From IMG/VR virus record IMGVR_UViG_3300045988_163836: DNA of 64,000 nt. One strand, given 5' to 3'. Under the pieces are notes generated by a model, which searched no databases, was not told the DNA's origin, and saw only the letters and a program-made list of their open reading frames with translations. Position numbers and translations under genes: made by a program. Positions within the stretch are counted from its first letter, which is position 1; the number at the start of each line of letters is the position of its first letter. This document shows, in pieces, positions 46,647 to 54,870 of this stretch. The DNA is from a virus.

Positions 46647-46958
46647 ATGAATTTTGAATCCGCTATTGTTGAAGCAATGAATTTGCAGGACTTGCACAAT
46701 TATATAAACAACATGAAGCCCGAAGAATTACAGACCCTGATTGCATTAGCACAGACAAGAATTAACCAGTTAGACCAAGAGAAAGAAGCAAAGTACATGG
46801 CCGCAATTATTAAGGCTATTCAGGATTATCTGGATAATGTTGGAGATTTGACATTCCATGTCGAGTATGAAGATGAAGATGGTCAGAACGGGGAAACTGA
46901 CATTACAGTAGATAATACAAATCCGCCTGCTGGTGGCAATGGAGTTATTTATATTTAA
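46647..46958 (+). CDS. Hypothetical protein, 103 aa.
   Basis: Track ORF with the conserved leader AAAGAAAGGAATTGATA. Confidence 0.55.
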   Translation: MNFESAIVEAMNLQDLHNYINNMKPEELQTLIALAQTRINQLDQEKEAKYMAAIIKAIQDYLDNVGDLTFHVEYEDEDGQNGETDITVDNTNPPAGGNGVIYI

Positions 46959-46970
46959 GGAGTGATACAA

Positions 46971-47285
46971 ATGCTTACAAATCCTAGTTTTTATATTGCA
47001 TGGGCTGTCATGGCCGTATTTCCTCTAATGATTGCTTTTCTTGCCCCTGAAACTTGGGGCGGCAAAATTGTTGCTATTTTAGTTGCACTTGCTATCGCTT
47101 TTGGTGTTGCGACTCTTATGTATAAAGAAGCAGAGGGAGACCATGATCGCTGGAACAATGGATACTGCGAATGTGGTGGTCAGTATCAGTTTTCTAGTGC
47201 TACAAATTGGCGTGGTTCAAAAAACTATTATTACACTTGTGATAAGTGCGGGCATACAGAAGAATTTCATGCAATCATGAAATAA
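46971..47285 (+). CDS. Membrane-anchored zinc-ribbon protein, about 104 aa.
   Basis: TAAGGAG then the ATG at 46971. An N-terminal transmembrane segment and a C-terminal CxCGG..CDKCGH motif. Confidence 0.5.
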   Translation: MLTNPSFYIAWAVMAVFPLMIAFLAPETWGGKIVAILVALAIAFGVATLMYKEAEGDHDRWNNGYCECGGQYQFSSATNWRGSKNYYYTCDKCGHTEEFHAIMK

Positions 47286-47334
47286 AAAACAAGCCGGCTG
47301 GGAAAAAAATTATAAAAAAAAATTCCCAACCGGC

Positions 47335-47363
47335 TTGACAAATTAAAAAAAATTTGATATAAT
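47335..47363 (+). promoter_or_regulatory. Early promoter (TTGACA-17-TATAAT) following a hairpin terminator at 47291-47337.
   Basis: ttgacaaattaaaaaaaatttgatataat. Confidence 0.55.
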
Positions 47364-47394
47364 AATAGTACCAAAAGGAAAGGAATTGATAATC

Positions 47395-47805
47395 ATGACT
47401 GAAATTACGACCTATGAATGCGACTTTTGCGGGCAGGTGTTCGACGATGAAGCGGAATGTATTCATCATGAATGGAAATGCAGATACGAAGATCTGTGTA
47501 AAACTGAAAATTGCGAACCAATAAAAATGTTCAATGTCCTTGGTAAAGAAATCAATAGTTTTGATTATCCTGAATGTGATGAAATTGGAGCTGTTGAAAT
47601 TCATTCTTACGCTTGGGCACAATTCATCAATGATTATTTTGATGAACGGGGTTATGAACATCCTATTAAAATTAAAATGGGGCTGATTGATTACTATGGT
47701 CTGTGGTATTATGACCCTGAATACCATTATGGTGAGTGGCGGTCTTATGAAGAAGTTCTTGAAGGTATTCAGGAAATTGGCAAGAAATTTGGAGTAGGGG
47801 CTTGA
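47395..47805 (+). CDS. Cys-rich hypothetical protein, about 136 aa.
   Basis: Track ORF 47386..47805. Preferred ATG at 47395 after the conserved leader. CDFCG..C..H and C..C motifs. Confidence 0.55.
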   Translation: MTEITTYECDFCGQVFDDEAECIHHEWKCRYEDLCKTENCEPIKMFNVLGKEINSFDYPECDEIGAVEIHSYAWAQFINDYFDERGYEHPIKIKMGLIDYYGLWYYDPEYHYGEWRSYEEVLEGIQEIGKKFGVGA

Positions 47806-47830
47806 CAAGCCCCTTACCCTGTGGTATAAT
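47802..47830 (+). promoter_or_regulatory. Early promoter (TTGACA-17-TATAAT). Its -35 element is embedded in a hairpin.
   Basis: ttgacaagccccttaccctgtggtataat. Hairpin aggggcttgacaagcccct. Confidence 0.55.
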
Positions 47831-47860
47831 TGATTTATCAAAAGGAAAGGAATTGATACA

Positions 47861-48136
47861 ATGAATTATCAAGTTATTTTCATGGATAATGAGGGAACTG
47901 TTCAGGCGGGTATTTGGAATCAGGACAGGGATGAAATTGTCTGCGGTTGCTGTGGTGCAACCATCGAGTCGGGCGATTTTGTTCTGCTTCATATCTATGA
48001 TGAATGGCTGAACATTACCGATGAAATCTGTGGAGATGATGGAGAAATTCTCCATGAGATTGAAGAAAAGGTTGACCGCCTGACTACTTCGGAGATTGAG
48101 GCAATTCTTGATGGAGAGAAGGATTTTAACGCATGA
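47861..48136 (+). CDS. Hypothetical protein, 91 aa (CGCCG motif).
   Basis: Track ORF with the conserved leader. Confidence 0.55.
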   Translation: MNYQVIFMDNEGTVQAGIWNQDRDEIVCGCCGATIESGDFVLLHIYDEWLNITDEICGDDGEILHEIEEKVDRLTTSEIEAILDGEKDFNA

Positions 48137-48282
48137 AAGGGAAAAAGTTCAGAAAGGGCGGTTACATCGCCCAAGCTGTCCAGTGGGACCATTATGAAGC
48201 CCTTTGGATTTGTAAATTTTCATGGGGCGAGTTCTTCTATGAAGATGATGAATTTATCAGGGAAAATCTGGTGGAGGATTAA
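48133..48282 (+). CDS. Small hypothetical protein, 49 aa.
   Basis: ATGA overlap with the upstream stop. Hand-translated as MKGKKFRKGGYIAQAVQWDHYEALWICKFSWGEFFYEDDEFIRENLVED. Confidence 0.35.
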   Translation: MKGKKFRKGGYIAQAVQWDHYEALWICKFSWGEFFYEDDEFIRENLVED

Positions 48283-48284
48283 AA

Positions 48285-48605
48285 ATGAAATTTTTGATTG
48301 CGGCGATTATTGCTTGGTTTCAGAAAAATGAACTGCCTGTTGTAATTTATGGGGCTGATGGTAGCCCCATTGCCAACTGGGAAATTAAGCCAAAGGATTG
48401 TTATTTTGCAAAGCGGCTGGATGAGGCTGTTCGCGATAGAGATGGATTATACTGTTATCCATTAAATGCTGATGGTGAATACTGCGGTTGCATTTGCTGG
48501 GAGTGGCGGGGAGATGATGATGATTTTGAACAGCCAGAAATTTATGATATTTTGAATATCTGTAATCTTCTGGAAATTGCCTGCGGTTTGGATGAAAATT
48601 CCTAA
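48285..48605 (+). CDS. Hypothetical protein with an N-terminal transmembrane segment, 106 aa.
   Basis: Track ORF. A terminator hairpin at about 48620-48662 follows. Confidence 0.5.
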   Translation: MKFLIAAIIAWFQKNELPVVIYGADGSPIANWEIKPKDCYFAKRLDEAVRDRDGLYCYPLNADGEYCGCICWEWRGDDDDFEQPEIYDILNICNLLEIACGLDENS

Positions 48606-48714
48606 AAAATTGGGCGGTTCATTTGAGCCGCCCGATGTCCTGCACACCGGGCGGCATTTTAATTTTTTAGCATTTTGCACAATTTTTTCATGCAAATTTT
48701 GTGCATCTTGCCAA

Positions 48715-48743
48715 TAGACAAAAATCCTGAAATGTGATATACT
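48715..48743 (+). promoter_or_regulatory. Early promoter in the second copy of the repeated cassette (TAGACA-17-TATACT).
   Basis: tagacaaaaatcctgaaatgtgatatact. Confidence 0.5.
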
Positions 48744-48845
48744 CTATAATGTCAAGAGGGAACGGTTAGAGAAAAACCTATTGCTATTAAGTTAGCATCA
48801 CGGTTTGAAATCCGAAAAAATTTCAAAAATAAATAAAATTCCCTC

Positions 48846-48874
48846 TTGACAAATAGTACCTGATGTGTTATAAT
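48846..48874 (+). promoter_or_regulatory. Early promoter (TTGACA-17-TATAAT).
   Basis: ttgacaaatagtacctgatgtgttataat. Confidence 0.55.
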
Positions 48875-48923
48875 TGAGTCAACAAGTGAAGGAAACACTT
48901 AAAAACCAGAAAGGATTGATACC

Positions 48924-49310
48924 ATGGAAAAGATTAAAGCCCCCACCCGCAAGGAAATATTCACTACTGTTTCTGACTTCCTCGCCCAGCATGATGCAGA
49001 CACTGACCTGATTGATTTCATCAATCACCAGATTGAACTGCTGGACAACAAGAAGGAAAACAAGAAGCAGGCCAAGGAGCAGGAAGAAAACGCCGCCTAC
49101 TCTGATGCAATCTATGAGCAGATGGCATTCGAGCGTAAGTACAGCGTTGCAGAGCTGATGAAGGAGCTTCCGATGGTCAATGACTGGAACACCAACCACG
49201 AAACTGAACTGTCGGTTCAGAAGCTCGCAAGCCTGTTGAAGCCGCTGGTCGATGGTGGCAAGGTCATTAAGACCACCGAGAAACGCAGAGTGTTCTACAC
49301 TAAGGCGTGA
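48924..49310 (+). CDS. Hypothetical protein, 128 aa. Paralog of 51202..51579 (module copy A, gene 1).
   Basis: Track ORF. Its C-terminus 'GKVIKTTEKRRVFYTKA' compares with 'GRVIKTTEKRRVYYTKA' in the paralog. Confidence 0.55.
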   Translation: MEKIKAPTRKEIFTTVSDFLAQHDADTDLIDFINHQIELLDNKKENKKQAKEQEENAAYSDAIYEQMAFERKYSVAELMKELPMVNDWNTNHETELSVQKLASLLKPLVDGGKVIKTTEKRRVFYTKA

Positions 49311-49356
49311 TAAACCAAGGGGCGGAGAAATCCGCCCCACTATTTAAGGAGAGCCT

Positions 49357-49755
49357 ATGAGAGAGTTGACTGAAAAGGAATGGGCAAAAGTCGATAATCT
49401 TGTTGACAAGCTGGAATGTTCGATTGATGAAGCAGTTGACATTCTGGACGCCGACAAAGCTATTGACCGCAATCAGAAGGTTGATTTTGATTTAAGTCCA
49501 GAAGAACATAAGCAAGCAATGAAACTTGCTAATGTCAAAGAGCATACAGTTAAGAAAAGCAATGTCTATCGCCCGCGTAAGCCTAATGAAATTAAAGGTG
49601 CGATTATCGCCGGTTTGTCAAAATATTTGACAGAAACGGCAGATTTTGAAGTGATTGATGAAGAAATCACAAATAAAGAGCGTACAATCATGTTTACAAG
49701 TGGCGGCAACCGCTACGAATTGACCCTGATACAAAAGAGAGCATCAAAAACTTGA
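49357..49755 (+). CDS. Hypothetical protein, 132 aa. Paralog of 51672..52034 (module copy A, gene 2).
   Basis: Track ORF with a shared architecture ('...RYELTLIQKR' vs '...YRLTLMRPRK'). A terminator follows at 49756-49793. Confidence 0.5.
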   Translation: MRELTEKEWAKVDNLVDKLECSIDEAVDILDADKAIDRNQKVDFDLSPEEHKQAMKLANVKEHTVKKSNVYRPRKPNEIKGAIIAGLSKYLTETADFEVIDEEITNKERTIMFTSGGNRYELTLIQKRASKT

Positions 49756-50028
49756 AGAAAATGCTGGAAAATGAAAATTTTTCCAGCATTTTTGTATAAT
49801 TTAATGAATTTTTAAGGATTTTTTGTGCATTTTTATCTATTGACATTTGGGCTGCCCGGCCACGACCTAGCCGGGCAGAATTTCCAGTTTTTACCAGTTT
49901 TACCAATTTTTTTACCAAAACTCTGCTTCATTTGATTAAAATATTAAATCCTTAAAGTGTCGTTGAGTCATGGACACCAAATATTGGAAATGTATAAATA
50001 TTCATTGAAAATGAATAAATATTCTTCT

Positions 50029-50057
50029 TGACATTTTGGGCAAGGTGTGATAATATA
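50029..50057 (+). promoter_or_regulatory. Early promoter (TTGACA-17-TAATAT with TGTG extension).
   Basis: ttgacattttgggcaaggtgtgataatat. The palindrome TATTCATTgaaaATGAATA (about 49999-50017) lies just upstream. Confidence 0.55.
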
Positions 50058-50118
50058 TAAGAGCAATGAGGGAGCGATGGCAAACCCTGATTGACATTAT
50101 TAAAAGGATGGAAACCCT

Positions 50119-50976
50119 ATGACTAAACTTGATAAGCGTCGAAAGTATTACCTGATTCTGGATTGTGAAACTGCGACACTTCCTTATGCCGCAAAGTTTA
50201 ATGCAAACCAGAAAAAAGATGTCGCAATCGCCAAGCCGCTGATTTATGATTTGGGATGGCAGATTGTGGATATTCGGGGCAATGTTTACAAGCGTGCGTC
50301 TTATCTCATTTCTGAAATTTTCAGTGTTCCCGCCGTTTTCAATACTGCATATTATGCAAGTAAGCGTCCGATTTATTTGGAGCGTCTGAAAGCCGGAGAA
50401 ATCAAGCTGACGGATTGGAATACCGCAGTCAATGAACTGATTGAAGATTTGGACGCTGTTGTAGCTGTTGGAGCATATAACAGTATGTTCGACTTTAAGA
50501 AAGCTATTCCATTCACTGACCTGTATGTTTCCAAGCTCTATGCCCCTGATTTCTTTGAGTGGGAAGCATATCAGAATGATAGATGTGAAGCAATCGCCCA
50601 CGGAAGCAAGCCCCATTCGCAGAAAGAGTTTGAACCGGATGTTTTCCGCTTCCATGGCAAGACGTATCCGCTGTTTGACTTGTGGGGTCTGTCTTGTGAA
50701 CACCTGTTGAATAATCCTGAATATAAACAGATGTGCTATGATAATGAGTGGAGAACCGCAAGCGGCAAATATTATCCGACTAACGCAGAAAAGGCATTTG
50801 CCTATTGTTTCCAGCAGGAAGATTTTGAAGAAAGTCATACTGCATTAGAGGACGCAATTATTGAGTCTATGCTGTTCGCCCTTATTGGAGCAAAGACCAA
50901 GCACAAGTTTGAAATGGGCATTGAATATTTCCCCTACAAGAAGTTGGGAAGATTTGACAGTGATTGGGAGCTGTAA
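50119..50976 (+). CDS. DEDDh-family 3'-5' exonuclease (DnaQ/RNase T-like), 285 aa.
   Basis: Exo I motif 'LILDCETATL' near the N-terminus and Exo III motif 'HTALEDA' near the C-terminus. Confidence 0.6.
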   Translation: MTKLDKRRKYYLILDCETATLPYAAKFNANQKKDVAIAKPLIYDLGWQIVDIRGNVYKRASYLISEIFSVPAVFNTAYYASKRPIYLERLKAGEIKLTDWNTAVNELIEDLDAVVAVGAYNSMFDFKKAIPFTDLYVSKLYAPDFFEWEAYQNDRCEAIAHGSKPHSQKEFEPDVFRFHGKTYPLFDLWGLSCEHLLNNPEYKQMCYDNEWRTASGKYYPTNAEKAFAYCFQQEDFEESHTALEDAIIESMLFALIGAKTKHKFEMGIEYFPYKKLGRFDSDWEL

Positions 50977-51101
50977 AAAGCTCCCAACTCTCCCAAAATT
51001 ATCATAGCTACGGTATTGAAATTGCCATTCTGACAATTACTTCCAGCGTTCCGCGATAAAATGTCAGCCGAAAAAAAATCGTGGAAAATTCAATTAAGGT
51101 A

Positions 51102-51130
51102 TTGACAAATCAAAAGGTTTGTGATACAAT
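51102..51130 (+). promoter_or_regulatory. Early promoter (TTGACA-17-TACAAT) with a downstream operator-like palindrome.
   Basis: ttgacaaatcaaaaggtttgtgatacaat. TGTTCC-aagaga-GGAACA at 51136-51153. Confidence 0.55.
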
Positions 51131-51201
51131 ATAATTGTTCCAAGAGAGGAACACAAAACAAATAAGGGTTGCGACCTACCGCTAGAAAGGAATTGATAAT
51201 T

Positions 51202-51579
51202 ATGGAAAAGAAGATTACCTATGCTCAGGCTCTGAACACCGTTCTGAACAATGAGAACATCGTCCTCGCGTCTGATGTTCGTGAGAAGCTGGAAGCCCTG
51301 CTTGCTTCTGTTTCCAAGAAGTCCGGCGAAAAGAAGGAGACTGCACAGCAGGTCGAGAACGCCACGATGGTGGAGCGGATTTATCAGGAGATGGAAGCCA
51401 ACCGGACTTACTCCATTGCCGAACTGATCAAGGAGCTTCCGGTTGTGGCAGATTTCAATGCTAATCATGAGAATGATATGTCCACTCAGAGGATGGCAAA
51501 TCTGCTCAGAACCCTTGTGGAAGATGGCAGGGTGATTAAGACCACTGAAAAGCGGCGTGTCTACTACACCAAGGCATGA
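51202..51579 (+). CDS. Hypothetical protein, about 125 aa (module copy B, gene 1).
   Basis: An internal ATG (MEKKITYAQ) of track ORF 51169..51579, preceded by the conserved leader GAAAGGAATTGATA. Confidence 0.55.
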   Translation: MEKKITYAQALNTVLNNENIVLASDVREKLEALLASVSKKSGEKKETAQQVENATMVERIYQEMEANRTYSIAELIKELPVVADFNANHENDMSTQRMANLLRTLVEDGRVIKTTEKRRVYYTKA

Positions 51580-51671
51580 GCGAAAAAGAAGTAAGGGGAG
51601 AAAGCTCCCCTTACTTCTCCCAGCTAGTTCTAGCTAGTTCCTAGTAAACAAAATTCTAATAGGACGGTAAA

Positions 51672-52034
51672 ATGTTAATGACCGCTGAAAAGTTGGCAAA
51701 TTCGCTTAAAATTTCCATTGAAGAAGCCAAACAGGTTTTGGAAATGGACAAGCGAATTGATAGGGGCGAAAAGCTGTTTGAGTTGCCGCCGGAGCTTGAA
51801 GCAGGAGCAAAAAAGGCAAGACGTGCCGACCGGAAGAAAGTGGAAAATGTAAGGCGGGAGCGAAAACCTGATGAAGATAAAAGGGAACTAATCCAGTATT
51901 TGGAAAGTTCCTTGGAAGATGCCTACCCCGATTTGGATTTGGGTAATATTACCATTGCAAATCCAGAACGAGAAATGGAATTTACTTACAATGGAATTAA
52001 ATACCGGCTGACCCTGATGCGCCCAAGGAAATAG
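51672..52034 (+). CDS. Hypothetical protein, 120 aa (module copy B, gene 2). It ends in TAG.
   Basis: Track ORF. The stop is TAG at 52032-52034. Reading through would add about 40 aa across two terminator hairpins (52040-52075 and 52118-52160). Confidence 0.5.
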   Translation: MLMTAEKLANSLKISIEEAKQVLEMDKRIDRGEKLFELPPELEAGAKKARRADRKKVENVRRERKPDEDKRELIQYLESSLEDAYPDLDLGNITIANPEREMEFTYNGIKYRLTLMRPRK

Positions 52035-52259
52035 ATGGAAGATGGAAACATCTTCCATCCTTTTTGGAATCATAATTGGAAAATTTTTCCAAGGAAAATA
52101 TTGGAACAGATGGTAATTTCAACCGGTCGCGTACAGTTGACGCGACCGGAATTTTGATTTAATTTGATAATTGTAAATTTTCCGAAAAAAAATTCGGACA
52201 TTTTACGAAAATTGATTTTTCCCGAATTTTATAGTATTATGTAAAAGGAGGTAAAAATT

Positions 52260-52880
52260 ATGAACAAATATGAATTAGCAAAATATATTAATACAACAGT
52301 TGGAATGGTAGAAACCAATTTTCCCTTGCTCTGCTCTAAAAATTTAGCTAAAGGGTATTTAATTACAAAAATTGGTAAAGGTGAAACGGCTGATTATACT
52401 ATTCAAGAAGTAGAACCATAGATATTAGATAAAAAATTTTTTTCTAAAAAACGAGAACTTGATAATTATTCTCATTTATCTGAAGAAGAATTAAAAAATG
52501 AAAAATGGATAACTACTTATTGTTCTAACTTGTACGAAGTATCAGATTTAGGAAGGGTTAGAAAAAAATATGATAAAAAAATTTTATAGGGAACTATAAT
52601 AGATGGATATTAGTATGTAGAATTAGATTATCATAGATATGGAATGAATAGAATTGTATTACAATCTTGGCACCCTAGCCCTGATTTCCAAAATTTGACA
52701 GTAGACCATATTGATGGAAAAAGAGGGAATAATAGGTTATCAAATTTAAGATGGGGAACTAATAAAGAGAATACTGCTTGGATGTTAATGAATAGGAAAG
52801 AAATAACAAAGGAAACAACTCGATTGATAAATTAGTATGGGTATGATGAAGTATTAAAAATACTTCAATTAATTAAATAA
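52260..52880 (+). mobile_element. HNH homing endonuclease gene of about 206 aa. It is intact only if four in-frame TAGs are read as sense. It sits in an AT-rich island.
   Basis: Perfect RBS AAAGGAGGTAAAAATT then ATG. 'YEVSDLGRVRKK' (NUMOD4-like) and 'VDHIDGKRGNNRLSNLRWGTNKEN' (HNH motif). Track ORF 52644..52835 is the C-terminal piece. In-frame TAGs lie at about 52419, 52611, 52632 and 52836. With the standard code only a 53-aa stub is made. Confidence 0.6.
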
Positions 52881-53078
52881 ATAAATTGGAGCCGACCGGT
52901 CTGGCAAGACTTGGTCGGAATTTCCGTTTAAACCCTCATATGGCAATTTTTTGTTCAATCTAGCAGCCTCTCATATGCCGCATGTTTTTCCCGAAACTTG
53001 CAATTTTTAAAAAAATATTTTATAATATATATACAGAATAAAGAGTTCTGGAAATCTTTATAAAGAGGTAATATACAT

Positions 53079-53474
53079 ATGTATGATTTTTATGATCGTC
53101 TGATGAAGGGTGAATCCGCAGAGGATATTGCCAAGAGCATCACTGAGGAACTGAATAAGGCACAGGCCAAGAGAACAGAAGAGTTGAAGGCTCAGGCTGA
53201 AAAGTCCAAGAGAGATCAGACAATGGCCGCGGATGCACAGGCTATCTGCACTGGCCTGGTGAAGTTTGCTAAGGATTATTATGGTTATGACATTGAGGTC
53301 AAGCCGGAAGACCTGATGAAGGTTTTTGATATGGCTGATAAGATTGGTCGTGCTATTGAAGACCTTGGTAAGACGGTTGAGAAGCCTGCTGAGAAAGTAA
53401 AGGCTAAGGTATACAAGGTCAATGGCTCTGCTGATGAAGTCATTGATAAGTTCCTTAATATGATGGGGTGGTAA
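53079..53474 (+). CDS. Hypothetical protein, 131 aa (standard code).
   Basis: Track ORF with RBS AAAGAGG. A terminator follows at 53477-53512 (aagggcttatgccctt plus a T-run). Confidence 0.55.
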   Translation: MYDFYDRLMKGESAEDIAKSITEELNKAQAKRTEELKAQAEKSKRDQTMAADAQAICTGLVKFAKDYYGYDIEVKPEDLMKVFDMADKIGRAIEDLGKTVEKPAEKVKAKVYKVNGSADEVIDKFLNMMGW

Positions 53475-53838
53475 GAGAAGGGCTTATGCCCTTTTCTTAT
53501 TTTTTTATTTTGGCTGGAAAATTTTGGAAAGTCAAATTTGATTTTTATAAAAAAATATGATATAATATTAAAAAAAGATATAATTGCATTAGGGTGATGA
53601 ATAATTGATGTCGGTCGATATATGGAGAATAGGGGTACCACTGGTGCAGTAGGGGCACACCCACTCCCTAATTTAATACAATTTATATCAATTTTATAAC
53701 AATCTTTTCTCAAATTATTATAATTCATAAATGATTCTATATTAACTAATATTAATTTTAAATTAAATTTATATTAAATTTTTATAATACCTTCTTTATA
53801 ATTATATCTCTTGTAGGCTAATATACAATTAGCCTACT

Positions 53839-54450
53839 TTATTTATATCTAAATGGCTATAATCTACCTGCTATGTTCCCACAAGGTTTATATAATAAAA
53901 TTAACGCAAACTCTATAGTTTTTAAATCAGCAGATGTTATATTTCTATCACATAATAAATCCTCTCCTTTTATAATTGGTTTAAATTCAATATTATCTCT
54001 CTACTCATTTAATAGTTTATATACATATAAACTATTATTATGATTTTTAATATTTCTTTTATGTTCATTCCATCTTTTATTAAAATCAACAGTACTACCT
54101 ATATAAATTAACTATCCATTCCTATATATACCATATACTCCACCATCACATACCTATGATACATTTTTTTTAGACTATCGTTCAAGTAATTTTCGTCTTT
54201 CTTCCTACTATCTTGCAACCATAGCATCAAATTCATCTTTGGTTCCAAACCAATTATAATATTTCTATTTATATGTCCAATAAGGTTTAGTTAATTTTTT
54301 CTAATCATCTACACATATTTCTTTATAATTATCTGGAACTATCATAGCTATATATTCTCTATCTAACCAATCATTATATTTACTAAATGATGATAATGGT
54401 TCTAATGTTCTATAAATATTTAACAAATTCTCACGATTCTATAATTTCAT
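53839..54450 (-). mobile_element. GIY-YIG homing endonuclease gene of about 204 aa. It is intact only if about 9 in-frame TAGs are read as sense. It sits in an AT-rich island.
   Basis: Hand translation gives '...GGVYGIYRNG(Q)LIYIGSTVDFNKRWNEHKRNI...LYVYKLLNE...', the GIY-(10)-YIG..R..H..E module. There is no TAA/TGA until the TAA at 53839-53841. A hairpin terminator (gtaggctaat...tagcctac) lies at about 53796-53822. Confidence 0.55.
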
Positions 54451-54544
54451 ATTAAATTCATAATTTTTCCTTTCAATTTTTGATTTCATTTTTCAATTCA
54501 TTTCTTTGCAACCACAAGGCCAACACCGCCATTCAAGAAAATAC

Positions 54545-54845
54545 CCTGTTTTGTCCTATTGTGGACCGAATGGGACACAATAGGACAAATATGTTATGTT
54601 CGATGTCCTGAATAGGACAAATCGGACAGGACATTTTCTTTCTTCAGCTTTTGTCGCATTTGTCGCATTTGTCCTAAACTAAGTCATTTTGCTAATTTTT
54701 TTAGATTTTTATTTAGTTATGTCGCATTTGTCCTATCGACATTTTAATACTTTCATTTAAAAATAGGACAAAACTCATTTGTCCCATTCAAGACAAATGT
54801 CTGCTTTTGTCTCATTTGTCGCATTTGTCCTATAGGTCCCATTTA
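54545..54845. repeat. Iteron/palindrome array. It is a candidate replication origin, partition site or multi-site operator.
   Basis: Palindrome 1: TTGTCCTATTGTG (54551-54563) with CACAATAGGACAA (54576-54588). Palindrome 2: GATGTCCTG (54602-54610) with CAGGACAT (54627-54634). Direct repeats: TTGTCGCATTTGTCGCATTTGTCCTA (54651-54677), GTCGCATTTGTCCTA (54721-54735), TTTGTCGCATTTGTCCTATAGG (about 54816-54835). Extra TAGGACAAA half-sites are present. Confidence 0.6.
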
Positions 54846-54870
54846 ATATCTTCTATGCTAATTCAAATAT

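Noticed and set aside
51672-52160. Read-through of the TAG stops of the early genes 38113..38313 and 51672..52034, which would imply a code-15 host.
   Set aside because: Read-through would add about 40 aa running across two terminator hairpins at the 52034 site. Together with the complete absence of internal TAG in about 50 early genes, this supports TAG acting as a stop in the early phase.
53560-53700. A GC-rich patch (ggggtaccactggtgcagtaggggcacacccactccc) considered as a possible tRNA, and in particular the expected suppressor tRNA.
   Set aside because: I could not fold it into a cloverleaf. There is no 7-bp acceptor stem, no T-arm GTTCRANYC-like loop and no CTA anticodon loop. A computational tRNA search is still needed.
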